Part shown: in pieces, positions 1 to 12,458 of the stretch | Layout: the number at the start of each line of letters is the position of its first letter | Position numbering within the stretch: the first letter of the stretch is position 1 | Made by a program: the position numbers and the translations under genes | NCBI GenBank assembly: GCA_951406725.2 | Contig: OX597827.1 | Span: forward strand, 48,174,001 to 48,238,000 | Source: Octopus vulgaris | Lineage: Eukaryota | Reading direction: 5' to 3' | Length of the DNA stretch: 64,000 nt | The notes under the pieces: model-generated | What the model was told of the DNA's origin: nothing | The model's database searches: none | What the model saw: the letters and a program-made list of their open reading frames with translations, nothing else

Positions 1-20
1 TATATGCATTTATGCATTGT

Positions 21-318
21 GGAGGCATATGGCCTAGTGGTTAGGGCAGCAGACTCGCGGTCGAGGGATCGCGGGTTCGAATCTCAGACCGGGAAATGTG
101 TGCGTTTATGAGTGAAATACCTTAGCTCCACACGGCTCCAGCAGAAGGTAATGACGAACTTCTGCTGACTCTTTTGCCACAACTTTCTCACTCTTTCCTC
201 CTGCATCTTGCATCTTGCGACGGACCCGCTTCCCGTCCAGGAGTGGAACCCATACGCCAAGGAAACCGGGAAACTGACCCTATGAGCCAGGCATTGCTCG
301 AGAAGAAACAAACAACAA
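21..318 (+). mobile_element. tRNA(Arg)-derived SINE
   Basis: Head with A box TGGCCTAGTGG (30-40), B box GGTTCGAATC (74-83) and TCG in the anticodon position; head resembles those at 28951 and 15670; A/C-rich tail. Confidence 0.85.
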
Positions 319-1291
319 TTTACGTATGTATTATATACTTGATTTTACTTAACTGTAGCAAACAGGAGAGTAAAACACTATTGCTCATTCAAAACCACTG
401 CGCGAGAAAGGGCTTCTTTCGTTGTAATTCTCTCAAGTTATAAATATCGATGAAGTCATGCCAATGAAGACCTGTATTAAACAGATTACTAGCAAAATCG
501 AGAATGTTAATTGCTAAGAAATCTCTGTTTCACGTAGTTAGATGTAGGTTATACATGGCCTCTTCTGTGTTTTATGTTTCGAAATGCTACATTCACTATT
601 GCTCTCTTGTGCAGCTAGTCATTACTTTTAATATACAACGTACCAAACATGTATCGGTCGTTGAAAATGCCCGAAGGAAAACCACCTCGTATTTTTCATC
701 AAGCTCTCTTGGTAGCGTCGATCAATAAATAAGATTTTATACGTGTATGGTTGAAAATAATCAACTGAATTAAGCTGGGCAGATGAATAACAGATAGAAA
801 CACACAGAAAGATGGATAGAGAGCCAGCTTCAAGGGACTCATTATTAGTTTATCGTTTCTTGATAAATATTACCAAACATATACACTATTTGTCATTGCT
901 TCTACTTAATCCTGAAAAAACCCTAAGGAAAAGCATTCTAATCGTGACCAAAAAGACACGTCTGAAATATTTGGAATCAATACAAGAAGAATAGTACCAC
1001 TTATAGAACATTTCCAACTAACGTTTTCTTAAAACAAAATCTTAGAGCTGACATCCAGCAAATTATATTTCATTTCTGCTGCGTGAGTACATAATAATTC
1101 CGGCGGAATGCCGAAATCCACGTGATGGAGATATAAATTTAGATGTCAATATAATTCTTAAGGAATCGTTTTAAAATCTAGTCATTACTTTTTATTTCTT
1201 TGATATTCTAATATAACAATTCGTATTTATATATATATATATATATATGTGTATGTATATGCATTCATATGTGTGTATGTATGTATGTATG

Positions 1292-1345
<54 letters not shown>

Positions 1346-1899
1346 TGTATATATATGTATATGTATGTATGCATTTATATGTTTGTATATTTATATATAT
1401 ATGTGTGTGTATGTGTGTATATACCTTTGTATTTTAATATGTAAAGAAGTAGATATGTGAACAAGCATGTTCTCCCCCCTCTCTCCTCTGCTATCATCTT
1501 TTTATCAAAAGACATGTGTCTTACACCACATTAACAAGAACCCACCCTACACCCTACCCCCAAACACACACCTAAACTCATCTTTAAAAGAAAATTACTG
1601 AAACTTCTCTATATAAAATTAAGATAGTTGATTCAGCTATGAGAAAAGAATTTGAAAAACATCTCACTAGTATATTTTTCACCAATGGAACCAGGTGGAG
1701 GGCACTTTCACAAGCCCTTCATGTTACACTCCTTAAACACCCCACCTCCTCCCAACACTACTCTCAATCATTTTGTTTTTACCATTCACAATTTGCTTTC
1801 AGCTACTGTTCATCAATACTCCTTCACTTCCACACTTATCAACATACCCCAACCCCACTACATATATTTATATATTATCTATTTTATTCTATGATCGAA

Positions 1900-2585
1900 C
1901 GCTACGCGTCCTTTTCCAGGTGAGTTTTATCTTAATAATTACGATGCGCGCTCTTATTCTATCTCTTCTATTTCTTCTCTGCCTATCTATATATATATAT
2001 ATATTCTCTGTCTGTCTTGCTCCCTCTCTTGTTCTTCATCTTTTCTGGTTTTCTCTCCCACCCTTCCCTATCCTTCTCCTCTCCTCTTCACCGTTCCCTC
2101 TCTTTCACTCTTCTTCTTCCCTGACTCTCCCATCGCTGACACGTTACGAAAAGGAATCTATCTTCTGCCCATTTCTTTCATAAAGACATCGCGTGCTTAT
2201 ACCTGTCTCCTCTCATAAGCTCGTCTTCCTAGCGTTCATAATAATTTTTCTATGGTCTTGGCTTAACAGCCCTCACCGTTTGTTTTTACTGTTTTCTTAA
2301 CACTGTCCTGTTCTTGTTCCCTCTGCAAAAAATCCAAAATTTTATTTAATTTGCGTTGCAGGAAGGACAGTTTCAACGAAGACGCGTATTGTCCTTGCCA
2401 TCGAGACGCGGAGTAGATAAAACAGGGACAACTGATAAAGGGGAATATTCTTTATGTTGCATGTCTCGTTTCTCTGATTGTTTTTTTTTTCATTGTTCCA
2501 AAAAAAGTTCGTTTTCCATGTTTTTGTTTTTATGTTTTCGTTTCTCATTGCATTCAACATATTGTGATGTCCTGTACCCATATAT
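1900..2585 (+). mobile_element. Probable Penelope-like element (PLE) non-coding fragment
   Basis: Pyrimidine-rich body, degenerate CTGATAAAG motif and T-rich tail ending in a microsatellite; organisation similar to 45503-46427. Class assignment is inference. Confidence 0.3.
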
Positions 2586-3299
2586 GCATGCATATATACA
2601 TATATATGTAGGTATGTAGGAACATATGAACATATTTATATATTATTTATATTATTATACAATCTGAGATCAGTTTGACAATCGCCACTGATGAATGCAC
2701 GAGAGTTCTCCAGAAAAGTTACAAAAAATTCTTTAAAAAAATATCCCCACCGAAGTTAACAAAGAATTTAACTAGAACGAGAAACTAAACTGTCAAACTG
2801 TTAAAAAATGAATAGATAAGAACTACTATTGAAATCATTCTTTTCCTTTTTCAAATATGTATATGTATATAATTTTTTTTTTTTGAAAATGATTAAATGT
2901 TTGGCAACCGCGATATTTCATGTTCAATACAACTACGAGGTGGGAGTCCATTGCTGGATTGCGTTATAACGTCAACAGTTCCATCATTGTTAGCGCAATT
3001 ATGTACATGACAATTGTGTAAAATCTTAGTATGTTTGTTTTTCACCATGTTTATGTAATATTGATACAAGTTGGGAAATATATAATAGAAACATCTCAGT
3101 TGACAACATTGTATCTCTGTGTTCTATAAATCTATGAATCAGATTACAGAGATGGGTTATAATCCAGAGACAAATAATTACTGCCCAACATATACGGGAA
3201 GAAAGGAAGAATAGTTACTTGCAGGAAAAAATGCTAACGATGTGGACTGGATTCAATCTACGACAACTCGGTCCTCCTGTCCCACAACAAACACACACG

Positions 3300-3330
<31 letters not shown>

Positions 3331-3356
3331 GGGGGGTGCGTTTGCATGTGAGTGTG

Positions 3357-4166
3357 TGTGTCTCATCAACAAGTATCAGGTCTGTTGCCATAGTAACGAA
3401 GCCAAAATACGCAGAATAAAGCAGCTTGGCAAAGATTGAGCTTTAACTCTACTGCGCATGCACATTATGTTTTAACGTTCTAGCTTAATTCCGCTGTTTA
3501 CAGCAGTGCTTGGATGGAAGGTGTGTAGTGTGAGATCCTCGCATTGATCAGAGGCCTATGCAAGGTTGCAGAAAGTGTATGGAGAGCAGTGAATGAGCCG
3601 CACACAAGATCCTTCCAAGATGGCCGAAAAATTATCGAACATTCTGGGAGAGTCGCGCCCGCAGAACTGAGTGAAACTTTGCAGATGTGCGTGCAGCTGT
3701 GAGGGGAAATCGTCGAATCACCATCCGTGAATTATCAAAAGATGTGCAGATTAGTTACTCTCAGTTCAGTCCATTACCACTGAAGATTTGGGTATGAGAC
3801 GCGTGTCTGCCAAGTTTTCCCAGATCTGCTCTCAGCTGACCAAAAGGACACTCGGGTTACAGTTGCATAAGATCTCCTTGATTGTATCGAGATGTCTGAA
3901 ATCATTTTGAAAACTTTGCGTACACCTCTGAGCAGGTATCGCCAAGCTTTTAGCAAAATTTGATGTAGATTATCAGCTCAACTTTCTCTGTCATGGTCAA
4001 TGCGATGATCAAACGCTACACACCTTTCTTCCAAGGGAGCTAGAACGTTCAAACTTAGTGCGTATGTACGGCAATGATCAAGGTCAATGTGTGCTAAGTG
4101 GCTTCATTTTGAGTTCTTCAGCTTCGTTACCATATAACAGTGCGGATACTTATTGATCAGACCACG
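3357..4166 (+). mobile_element. Decayed mariner derivative with two inverted 5' ends
   Basis: TIR-like gtctcatcaacaagtatc.. (3360) vs ..gatacttattgatcagaccacg|TA (4166). Plus-strand remnant peptides EAYARLQKVYGEQ, VRGNRRITIRELS and TEDLGMRRVSAK; minus-strand IYIKFC*KLGDTCSEVYAK at about 3915-3975. Confidence 0.85.
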
Positions 4167-5973
4167 TATATATATATATAACTGTACTCGTTGCCTATCG
4201 GATCAAACAGCGAATAGCCACTTTAAGAATTTATAATTTTCATTTCACCATTTTCGAAATTAGGCGATCTTTCCTATGTTACTATATATAAGGCTGACAA
4301 GGTGACTTAATTTCGTTTAACACGGCGATGGATTAATACGTCACTAATGAAGATTGATTGAATCTGAAATCAACGCTGATATGATTCCATCTCGCTTGTC
4401 GTAGTTGAGGGTGGGGGCGGTCTCCCTTGTCAGTCATTAGAAAAGTACTCTCACATTACTAAGAGTTGTTCTGACTCGTATTTCTGACAACGTTGAGACT
4501 TAGAAGCACACACCGTCACTTTAGTCATAAATAACTGTACTTGTTGCCTATCGGCCTAATCTAAATAACGAGTAGCTAATATAATTGATAAACTATAAAT
4601 ATATATATATATATATACTTGCATACATACACTAATGCTATCATATATATACAGAGAGAGATACACGATTTTATATAAGCTTTCATATACATACACTTAT
4701 ACATACACACATATATGTGTATATATGTATGTATGTATAATAACAAATAATGTCCTATACTAAATAAGCAATTATAATCTGTTCATTTTGGCAAAAGGAA
4801 ATGAAGTCATTCATCCATGTTTTGTGCGTTTGACTGAATTTAAAACTTTTAGTAACGAGAAAACATTGTTTCCTAAACTTCAAAATATGAACAGATATAT
4901 ACATACGTGCATATATATGTACAAGCATACATTATAGCAAATATACAGATATGTATACATATATTTCTGTGCATACATTTGAACATATACGGTCATTTGT
5001 ACCACACACACACATACAAACACACACACACACAAACACACACAAACACGCACACACTCATATATATATATATTCGCATATGCAGCTCTCTATAGATAAC
5101 TCTTCCATATGTATATGTGAGAGTGTGTGTGTGTGGGCGCGCAAGTCTCGTGCATGCGTGTGTATATGTATGTGCGTGTGTGCGTGCGTGTGTGTGCATT
5201 TGTATATGTTTCTTTCCGTCAGATTATCTTCTATAGGTTGTTTGTTAAATTTCAAACGAGATAGCAGTACTCAGCTTAGAAATTAATCTCTAATGGTTAA
5301 CAAAATAACACGGCTTTCGATTGTTATAAATATATTGGAAAAGTCAGATCTGCTGTGTGAGTAAGAAATCTATTGATAGCTACGCCAAATAATATATTTG
5401 TTATATCCATCTAAAGATTTCATGTCTGGAGGAAGATCAAGGGATTTTAGTTAATGTTCTGCTTTCTACATAAGAAACATCTCTTGTTATTGTTATGAGA
5501 ATGGAAGTTTCCAATAAAATATATATTTATTGTTCAAGATTTCTATTCGCGTTGGGAGCTAGAGTTATTAAGTGAGTTTTCATTTACGCAATTAATTTGC
5601 AACAAATTTGCAAAAACGTTAGTACCTGGTGTTTGTCTTGTTGATGTTGAAGGATTAGTTCAACTTGTATATTGAGTTGAGGCATGATTAAATGCGTTCG
5701 ACTCTTTGCTGTGATATTTATATTTTCAGATATAGCCTATTTAAAACGGTATTTCATTAATACCTTTGTCCTTACTTTAAATAAAGGTGACTTTTGAGGG
5801 GAATTCGATTGTTCTTGCTATTAGATAGCTAAGAATGTTCGGAGCGAATGTTCTAGAAAGAACAAGTACCAGTCTTTCCAAAAATTATTTGTAGAATATT
5901 TTGAGATTTCTCTACATTAATAAGAAGACATAAAGGCAATTTAAATCCTTATAATCTTCACTTCTCCTTTTAA

Positions 5974-6190
5974 CCCCTTACCCAACAATTATTTTGAAAA
6001 TAAATGTATTTTTTCAGACATATTTTTTAATTGTTTTATTTTACTATGTCAAAAAAGAGTTTATAATAGACGAAGGAACTCGTTTGCTGTCGATTTTGGC
6101 GAGTCTATCTTTTGACGAGTTAACTCGCCAGAGATAGAAAAAAAACGATTTCGGTCAAAACGCATATATTCGTTTCTGCCGGGTAAGGGG
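5974..6190. mobile_element. piggyBac-type MITE
   Basis: TTAA (5970-5973) then CCCCTTACCC; perfect inverse GGGTAAGGGG at 6181-6190; the right TTAA is degenerate. Confidence 0.55.
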
Positions 6191-6434
6191 TATCCATGAG
6201 AAAACCTGGTTAATTGGCGACCATGCTTTGCTCAGGCTAATTGTAGTTGATGCTGTTCTTTTTACCGTATTAGTAATTGTGGATATTTAAGTATTTTTTA
6301 TTACGGGCGAGACGAACACATAAAGAAAGAACATGGTAAGTAATATAGTTGAATCTCCTACTTAAGTATGTTGTTGAAGGAATGAACGAGGGCGTAAGAA
6401 GTTGAGCGTTTGTTAAAAGATATATTTCTACTCT

Positions 6435-6640
6435 GAGCAGAAAGCCCAAAATTTTGGTGGGGAAGGGGGCCAATCGATTAGATCGACCCAAGTACGCAAC
6501 TCGTACTTAATTAATCGATCCCGAAAGGAAGAAAGGCAAAGTCGACCTCGGCGAAATTTAAACTCTGAACATAAAGATAGAGGAATTACCGCTAAGTATT
6601 TCACCCCGGTGTGTTAACGTCTCTACCAGCTCTCCGTCTC
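6435..6640 (-). mobile_element. Meta-domain-like SINE
   Basis: Reverse complement of gccgaggtcgactttgcctttcttcctttcgggatcgattaattaagtac, same family as 39150. Confidence 0.8.
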
Positions 6641-6800
6641 GGTGCTGAAAAATATTTCTACTCGGTTTATCAATCTTCTTCACTCTAGATTTTCTGCACT
6701 TACGAATTTGTGTGTACATTCACGAGTATATGAGTCGTTTCCTGTTTGTTTATATGACGTAATCTTCAAACGTTTCTCATTCAGAACTATTCGTCTAGAT

Positions 6801-7036
6801 CAATGGTTCTCAACCAGGGTCTATATAAGGTTTTGATGATAAAATTTGCGTGCAATAAAATCAGTTATAATTTTGCCAAACGAAACATACTTCAACAACT
6901 TTATATATATTTCTTTATAATTCGATTATAAAAATACAATAGGATTTTCTAAACATTCACTTGTTATGAGGGTCCACCCGAGTAAAATAGGAACCACAGT
7001 AGTTGATAGACAAAGCAAAATCGTTCAGAAGCACTG
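6801..7036. mobile_element. hAT (Charlie-type) MITE
   Basis: TIRs CAATGGTTCTCAACC / CGTTCAGAAGCACTG and 8-bp TSD gtctagat (6793-6800) / gtttagat (7037-7044). Confidence 0.8.
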
Positions 7037-7704
7037 GTTTAGATATTCTGATCGTTAACCTACAACCATTGTCAGTATCACAAGGTCAGACACGTCACAA
7101 ATTTTCTTAACCTCTTTTATCTGAGTTACCAATCTCATTTTAGTCAATGAGCAATTCTCAAATCTCTAAAAACATCCAAATTTTTAATCGAAATCATGGA
7201 GACAGTCACCTTCTCCAATAATATTGGAAACACTCGAGGATTCCTTTCTATATCCTCATCTCGCTGTGGTATATAACACTTCTGCATTCGTAGATTTTTC
7301 TGGCAGATATTCATTTCATATTCTGTGGTGTATTTCTACTTGGATATTCCGCTGTAACAACCTACACTCAACACATTTTCTGGCTGATGATTCAGGATTG
7401 TTTAAAAATAGCCTGCATACGCCTTATATAACACGCAACATAAACTGGCAGGGAGATGATAGGGTTTACATTTTTCAAACACTATCAAACCACATAAGAA
7501 TTTCAACTGTTGTTGATTTTATGTTGCTTTTAAATTCCATGAATATTTTATTTCAAAATTTGACTTTCAGTATCGTCAAGAGAACAGATATCAAAATTTG
7601 ATTTAGCACATCATTAAGTATCATCACTTAATAGGTTTGAATTTAATCTTCAACCACGCACTAAAATGAATATTACAATATCTCACATCTGACAAGTAAG
7701 CTTT

Positions 7705-7870
7705 TGGCGCAGTCGTGATTATACGATGAATAGTTTATTTCCAAACCACACTGTTATGGTTTTAGTACCACAGAGTGGTATCTTGAACAGGCGTCTTCTA
7801 CTACATCCTCGGACCAGTAAATCCTTGTGAGTATGTTTGCTTGACGGACACTAAAGCAAGTGCATCGTAT
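7705..7870 (+). mobile_element. Degenerate CORE-like SINE 5' part
   Basis: Diverged match to the 37923 family (tcttctactacatcctcggaccagtaaatccttgtgagt). Confidence 0.55.
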
Positions 7871-8384
7871 GTATGACAAAATCACTAATGACAAGGAAAG
7901 AGTTTAGCATCAATATAAGATGCTTAACCACATAAAATTCAACTAAACTAATGGAATGATTATTGTGGTTGACAAAACTAATTTAACACGTTTTCATAAT
8001 TCCCATGCTCAGCCATTCGCCTTTACATTCTGGGTTCGTCCTTTCGGGGGTCAATGAAATAAATATTGGTTGAGGACTGGGGTCTATGTAATCGATTAAT
8101 TTCTGCAAAATTTCAAGCCTTGTGCCGATAGTAGAAAGAATGGTCCCTACGCTGAATGCAACATTTCTAACCAACAATGAATATGTCATGTATATATATA
8201 CAAAGATGAATCTTTTTTCTTTTATCTCTACATTGTTTCAGTCATTACAGTGTGGCAATGCTGGAGCATTGCCTTCGAGAATTTTTATTCGGATGGATCG
8301 CCTCGAATAGTTATATAGTTTAAGCCTGATCATTCCTCTATTGGTTACAATAAGTTACAAGGTAACCGATTGTGGTGAGGGACA

Positions 8385-8545
8385 CCCATTTTTTTCTCTC
8401 CTTGTTTTTTCTGTGTCCCTTTCTGCAGAAGAGCGTAGGCTCGAAACGTAAAATACTTTTTCTATTCCTGAGCGTTATACTAATACATCTGTTTGTTTTG
8501 TACACCACCTGTCTTCGTCTTTTGTTTTTTTTTCGTAAACTCTCC

Positions 8546-8548
<3 letters not shown>
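8385..8548 (+). mobile_element. Short HHR-bearing repeat (PLE pseudo-LTR-like), family A
   Basis: ttt-CTGCAGA-A-GAGC gtag GCTC-GAAACGTA-aaa at 8420-8453; near-identical copy at 61880-62071; ends in (TA)n. Confidence 0.7.
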
Positions 8549-8635
<87 letters not shown>

Positions 8636-8790
8636 ATTTCGATGAACGTAAACAAACAAACTAAGTTTGCTTTCGAAGCGTTGAGATGTCTTGGAAAGCT
8701 AAAGTGATTTTAATTTCTTAAACGCATGATAGTGCTAATAATCTAGCCTGAACAGGATAAGCGACCCCTATTTTGCAGAAAAAAGTAATG

Positions 8791-8869
8791 GCGGCTGGCT
8801 ATGAGATTGGAACTCACACCTCCGTGATTATGCGTCGCGGTGCTCTGAACCAATTAAACTAAACCGCCC
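8791..8869 (-). pseudogene. Degenerate tRNA-like sequence (CAT in anticodon position)
   Basis: Minus strand GGCGGTTTAGTTTAATTGGTTCAGAGCACCGCGACGCATAATCACGGAGGTGTGAGTTCCAATCTCATAGCC: A- and B-box-like motifs and partial cloverleaf with mismatched stems. Confidence 0.45.
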
Positions 8870-8894
8870 ACACCATATATACATACATACATAC

Positions 8895-8942
<48 letters not shown>

Positions 8943-8949
<7 letters not shown>

Positions 8950-9550
8950 TGCAAGTCAAACATTATCCGCACATTCGCCATAGCATATTTATATATTGTT
9001 ACACTGTATTCTACGCATTGTACAATTGTGGTCATGTGATCGAAGTTTGAGCCTGATTGCGGTATTTTTCTTTGTGGCATCAACAAGAAAAAGAAGAACA
9101 AAGATCAACAGTGTGCGACCAACAGTGCAAGATACACCCAAACGCCGAAGCCTGATATCGAAGTAAGTTTTGTTGTTGCTTGAAAATGCACGCCCACACA
9201 TGGCCTCCGGGAACGTTGAAGCCATTAATCAATTGGGTTTGAATGTGCTGGAACACCCTGCCTGCAACCAAGATCTCGCCCCTCCGGACTATCATATATT
9301 TATACCGCTCGAAGAAGGTTTACGAGGTCGTTGATTTCCTACGGACGAAGAGGTAAAGGAAGCCATGCATAAATGGTTGCACGACCAACCGAAATCCTTC
9401 TTCGCAAGCTTCTGGATCACTGGATCAAGTGCATCGAGAAAGAAGATTTAGATAGAAAAATGACGTACTTGCTTAATTTTGGACTCTCTTTCGTATATAT
9501 AAAGCCCAGAGAAAAGAGTACAGTTGGACAGTTATTTTTTAATCACTATA
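8943..9550 (+). mobile_element. Internally deleted mariner element (C-terminal transposase remnant)
   Basis: From 9167: VLLLLENARPHMASGNVEAINQLGLNVLEHPACNQDLAPPDYHIFIPLEEGLRGR*FPTDEEVKEAMHKWLHDQPKSFF..KLLDHWIKCIEKE, matching mariner HDNARPH and HPPYSPDLAPSDYHLF motifs; TIR-like left end after (TA)n. Confidence 0.9.
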
Positions 9551-9852
9551 CATGTTTCCATACAACATAGTTCTTCATATATATAGGAATTTGATTATGC
9601 AACGGTTTACCTGTATAAAGGGAACCTGTTGTATTTCTTCAAGTGTTACTCAATTGCTGTTCCCGTTAGTTACAAATCAATCGACTTCAATGCTAAGATA
9701 TACTAACCGTACTTCTGACTCTATCTTGCTCGATGTTATTTTCACAGTCGACGAACGCCCGAATCGAGACTTGGAAGTTTATCGTAATACTATCGACTAT
9801 TCTATGGGTGAACGGGCTCTATTTTGTACTGTGCTACGTTCCTAACGGAATA

Positions 9853-10252
9853 TCTTTATGTATAAAAGTGAGGTTGTGTGCTGTCTGTCTCCTACGATTT
9901 AGATTCCTAACTACTCCCACATTTTGCGTTGCAGTTTAACCAAAACCGGGTATCTTATAGTCATGATTCATATCGAGCCCTTCTGGGTATTAGCGCGCGT
10001 CCACGATGAGTCTACGATTAAAAACAAAAATTACCATAATTTTTTCCCATTTTTTAACGCGTTTTTGGCATATATAAAGAAAGTAACTCTCTAAAAATTT
10101 ATTATTAAATCTCAGAACGTAAAAAGCTACAGTAACACCACCCCCCTTCTGTGGTTAGCCATATTGAGATGGCTATTATACTTTACATCTCTAAAAATGC
10201 TTATATATTTATTTCCCTTACAAACCCGAGCAACGCCGGGCGATACTGCTAG
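9853..10252 (+). mobile_element. Non-autonomous Helitron (400 bp)
   Basis: A|TC 5' end, 3' hairpin CCCG-agcaacgc-CGGG, then CTAG|T at 10249-10253; second copy at 16986-17383. Confidence 0.9.
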
Positions 10253-10291
<39 letters not shown>

Positions 10292-10294
<3 letters not shown>

Positions 10295-10432
10295 GACAAG
10301 GTTCTCTTAGTTTCCATCTACCAAATCCACTCACAAAGCTCTGGTTGCCTTGAGTATATAGCAGAAGATACGCAGTGAGACTGAATCGAGAACTAAATGG
10401 TTTCGAAGCAATCTTCTTACCACACAGCCACA
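10292..10432 (-). mobile_element. CORE-like SINE, partial
   Basis: Reverse complement of tggctgtgtggtaag..ttgtgagtggatttggtagatggaaact, family of 37923. Confidence 0.75.
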
Positions 10433-10522
10433 CATATACACATAAATACATACGTGCACACACACATACACACACACATATATATATATATATCACCATC
10501 ACCGTTTTTAAACTTGGTCATA

Positions 10523-10553
<31 letters not shown>

Positions 10554-11992
10554 GTATATACATACACATATATATATATTATATTATATATATATATATT
10601 GTATATACATATAATATACATACATTCACACACACACACGCATACATGTAATTACCACATGAATATGTACAAGAGGAATCGAATATCAAAGGTTTCTCTA
10701 CTAGTATTTAATGGTGATGGTTTTGTGACACGGTGATGATATCGTTTTAATTAAGAAGATTTATGTTTTAAGCTACTAATTTAATCGATAGATATCGTTA
10801 CAGTTTATTTCTATTTAACACCTCATTATCCTTTTTTAATTTCTATGAGAATTTACGAAAATATGTCAAATTCCTATAGTACATTGAACTTTTAACAGTT
10901 GAACTAACATATAAAAAGGGAACATCAAAAAATGCAATTAACATTTTAAAACTCAAATGATGTAGAATGAAATTTCGTTAATTGGGACAAAATACAATTT
11001 TTTTTTAATTCAAAGAAAGTGAAATGCAATCGTTTATAGAAAAAACAAACTCGTGAGTATTATCATTATATTTTTTATTGATTTGTGATAAAGTAAAGTA
11101 TGGTAATTACTTCGAATTCGTACAATTTAATAATGTTTTATTTACCTTTAAGAATGATAATTTCTGTTTTAATTTTCTGCAATTCACTGAAAAGAACCAA
11201 AAAAAATATTCAATGATTAATCTGAGAGATATGACCTGAGGTTGACGAGATAGAAACTAACAAGTGAAACATTCTTTACAATTCTATATCTGAATATTTA
11301 ACAACTCTTAATCTAAGAGTGTGCCGTAATGTCGACTTAGAATACCTTATCATACGAAGTATAAATATCCTGCGATATAAAGTAGATCGACGGCGGCGCA
11401 CTGTAGTGGAATAGAATGCAAGAAATTAATGTGGTCTGATTTGGCCCCAGATTTTGGCTGAAAGGAGGATAACTATTTAGAAACCTTTGCATCTGTCAAT
11501 ATGGCTACAGAGTGTTTAGAACTAAGGGTGGTCACGTGTATATGATTAATACGAGAAATTCTCTCTTATGGGTTTGAATATGTGACAGGTAGAACTGAAC
11601 CGGTAACAAGTTTATATTTACGTATACACATTGCTGCTTAGCGCTTCCAATCCGTATTTTATAGAGGCCGGAAACCGATCGACAGAACCACCCTCAGAGG
11701 GTTCAGTTGAATATAGTCTGACATCCTCAGTTCGTATTACCTCACTCTCCAATGTTTGACGGCGAGGGAGAGATACCTACCCTGAGATGCACGCAACCAT
11801 CAATCTGGTAGGTGACGCTTCTAACTGATTTTGTGCGTATACATTTATTTGTCTTACAGCTAGATCTTTTCCTCATGATAAGATGCACTGAATGGCTCTC
11901 TTACAGGTTCAAATATGCCGCAAGCATATTTGAACGCATAACAGGGTTATATATGTACATATTTACACATTACTGCTTAGCGATTATAGTAC

Positions 11993-12152
<160 letters not shown>

Positions 12153-12154
12153 AA

Positions 12155-12272
12155 TTAATCCCCCAAAACGAAGAAAAAACACAAGGAAAAAACAACAATG
12201 CGAGGACGTAGTACATGCAAAGTGTTAAAAGGGAAGGAAAAAAAGTGTTTTACGTTTCGAGCCAATAACTCA
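12155..12272 (-). mobile_element. Family-A-related HHR repeat, 5'-truncated
   Basis: Minus strand GAGTT att GGCTC GAAACGTA AAACAC followed by the same kind of T-rich tail as 8385. Confidence 0.55.
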
Positions 12273-12291
12273 TACACATTCATACACAGAG

Positions 12292-12372
<81 letters not shown>

Positions 12373-12396
12373 TGCATGTGGGCGTTTGTATGTATG

Positions 12397-12458
<62 letters not shown>

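Noticed and set aside
21-92. Functional tRNA-Arg gene
   Set aside because: Acceptor stem is imperfect and the sequence continues into a multi-copy SINE body without a terminator.
1639-1923. 94-aa ORF possibly from a retroelement N-terminus
   Set aside because: No motif I can identify with confidence.
2688-2721. CTGATGA..stem II..GAAA hammerhead
   Set aside because: Core and stem II are present but there is no stem I partner downstream; at best a truncated relic.
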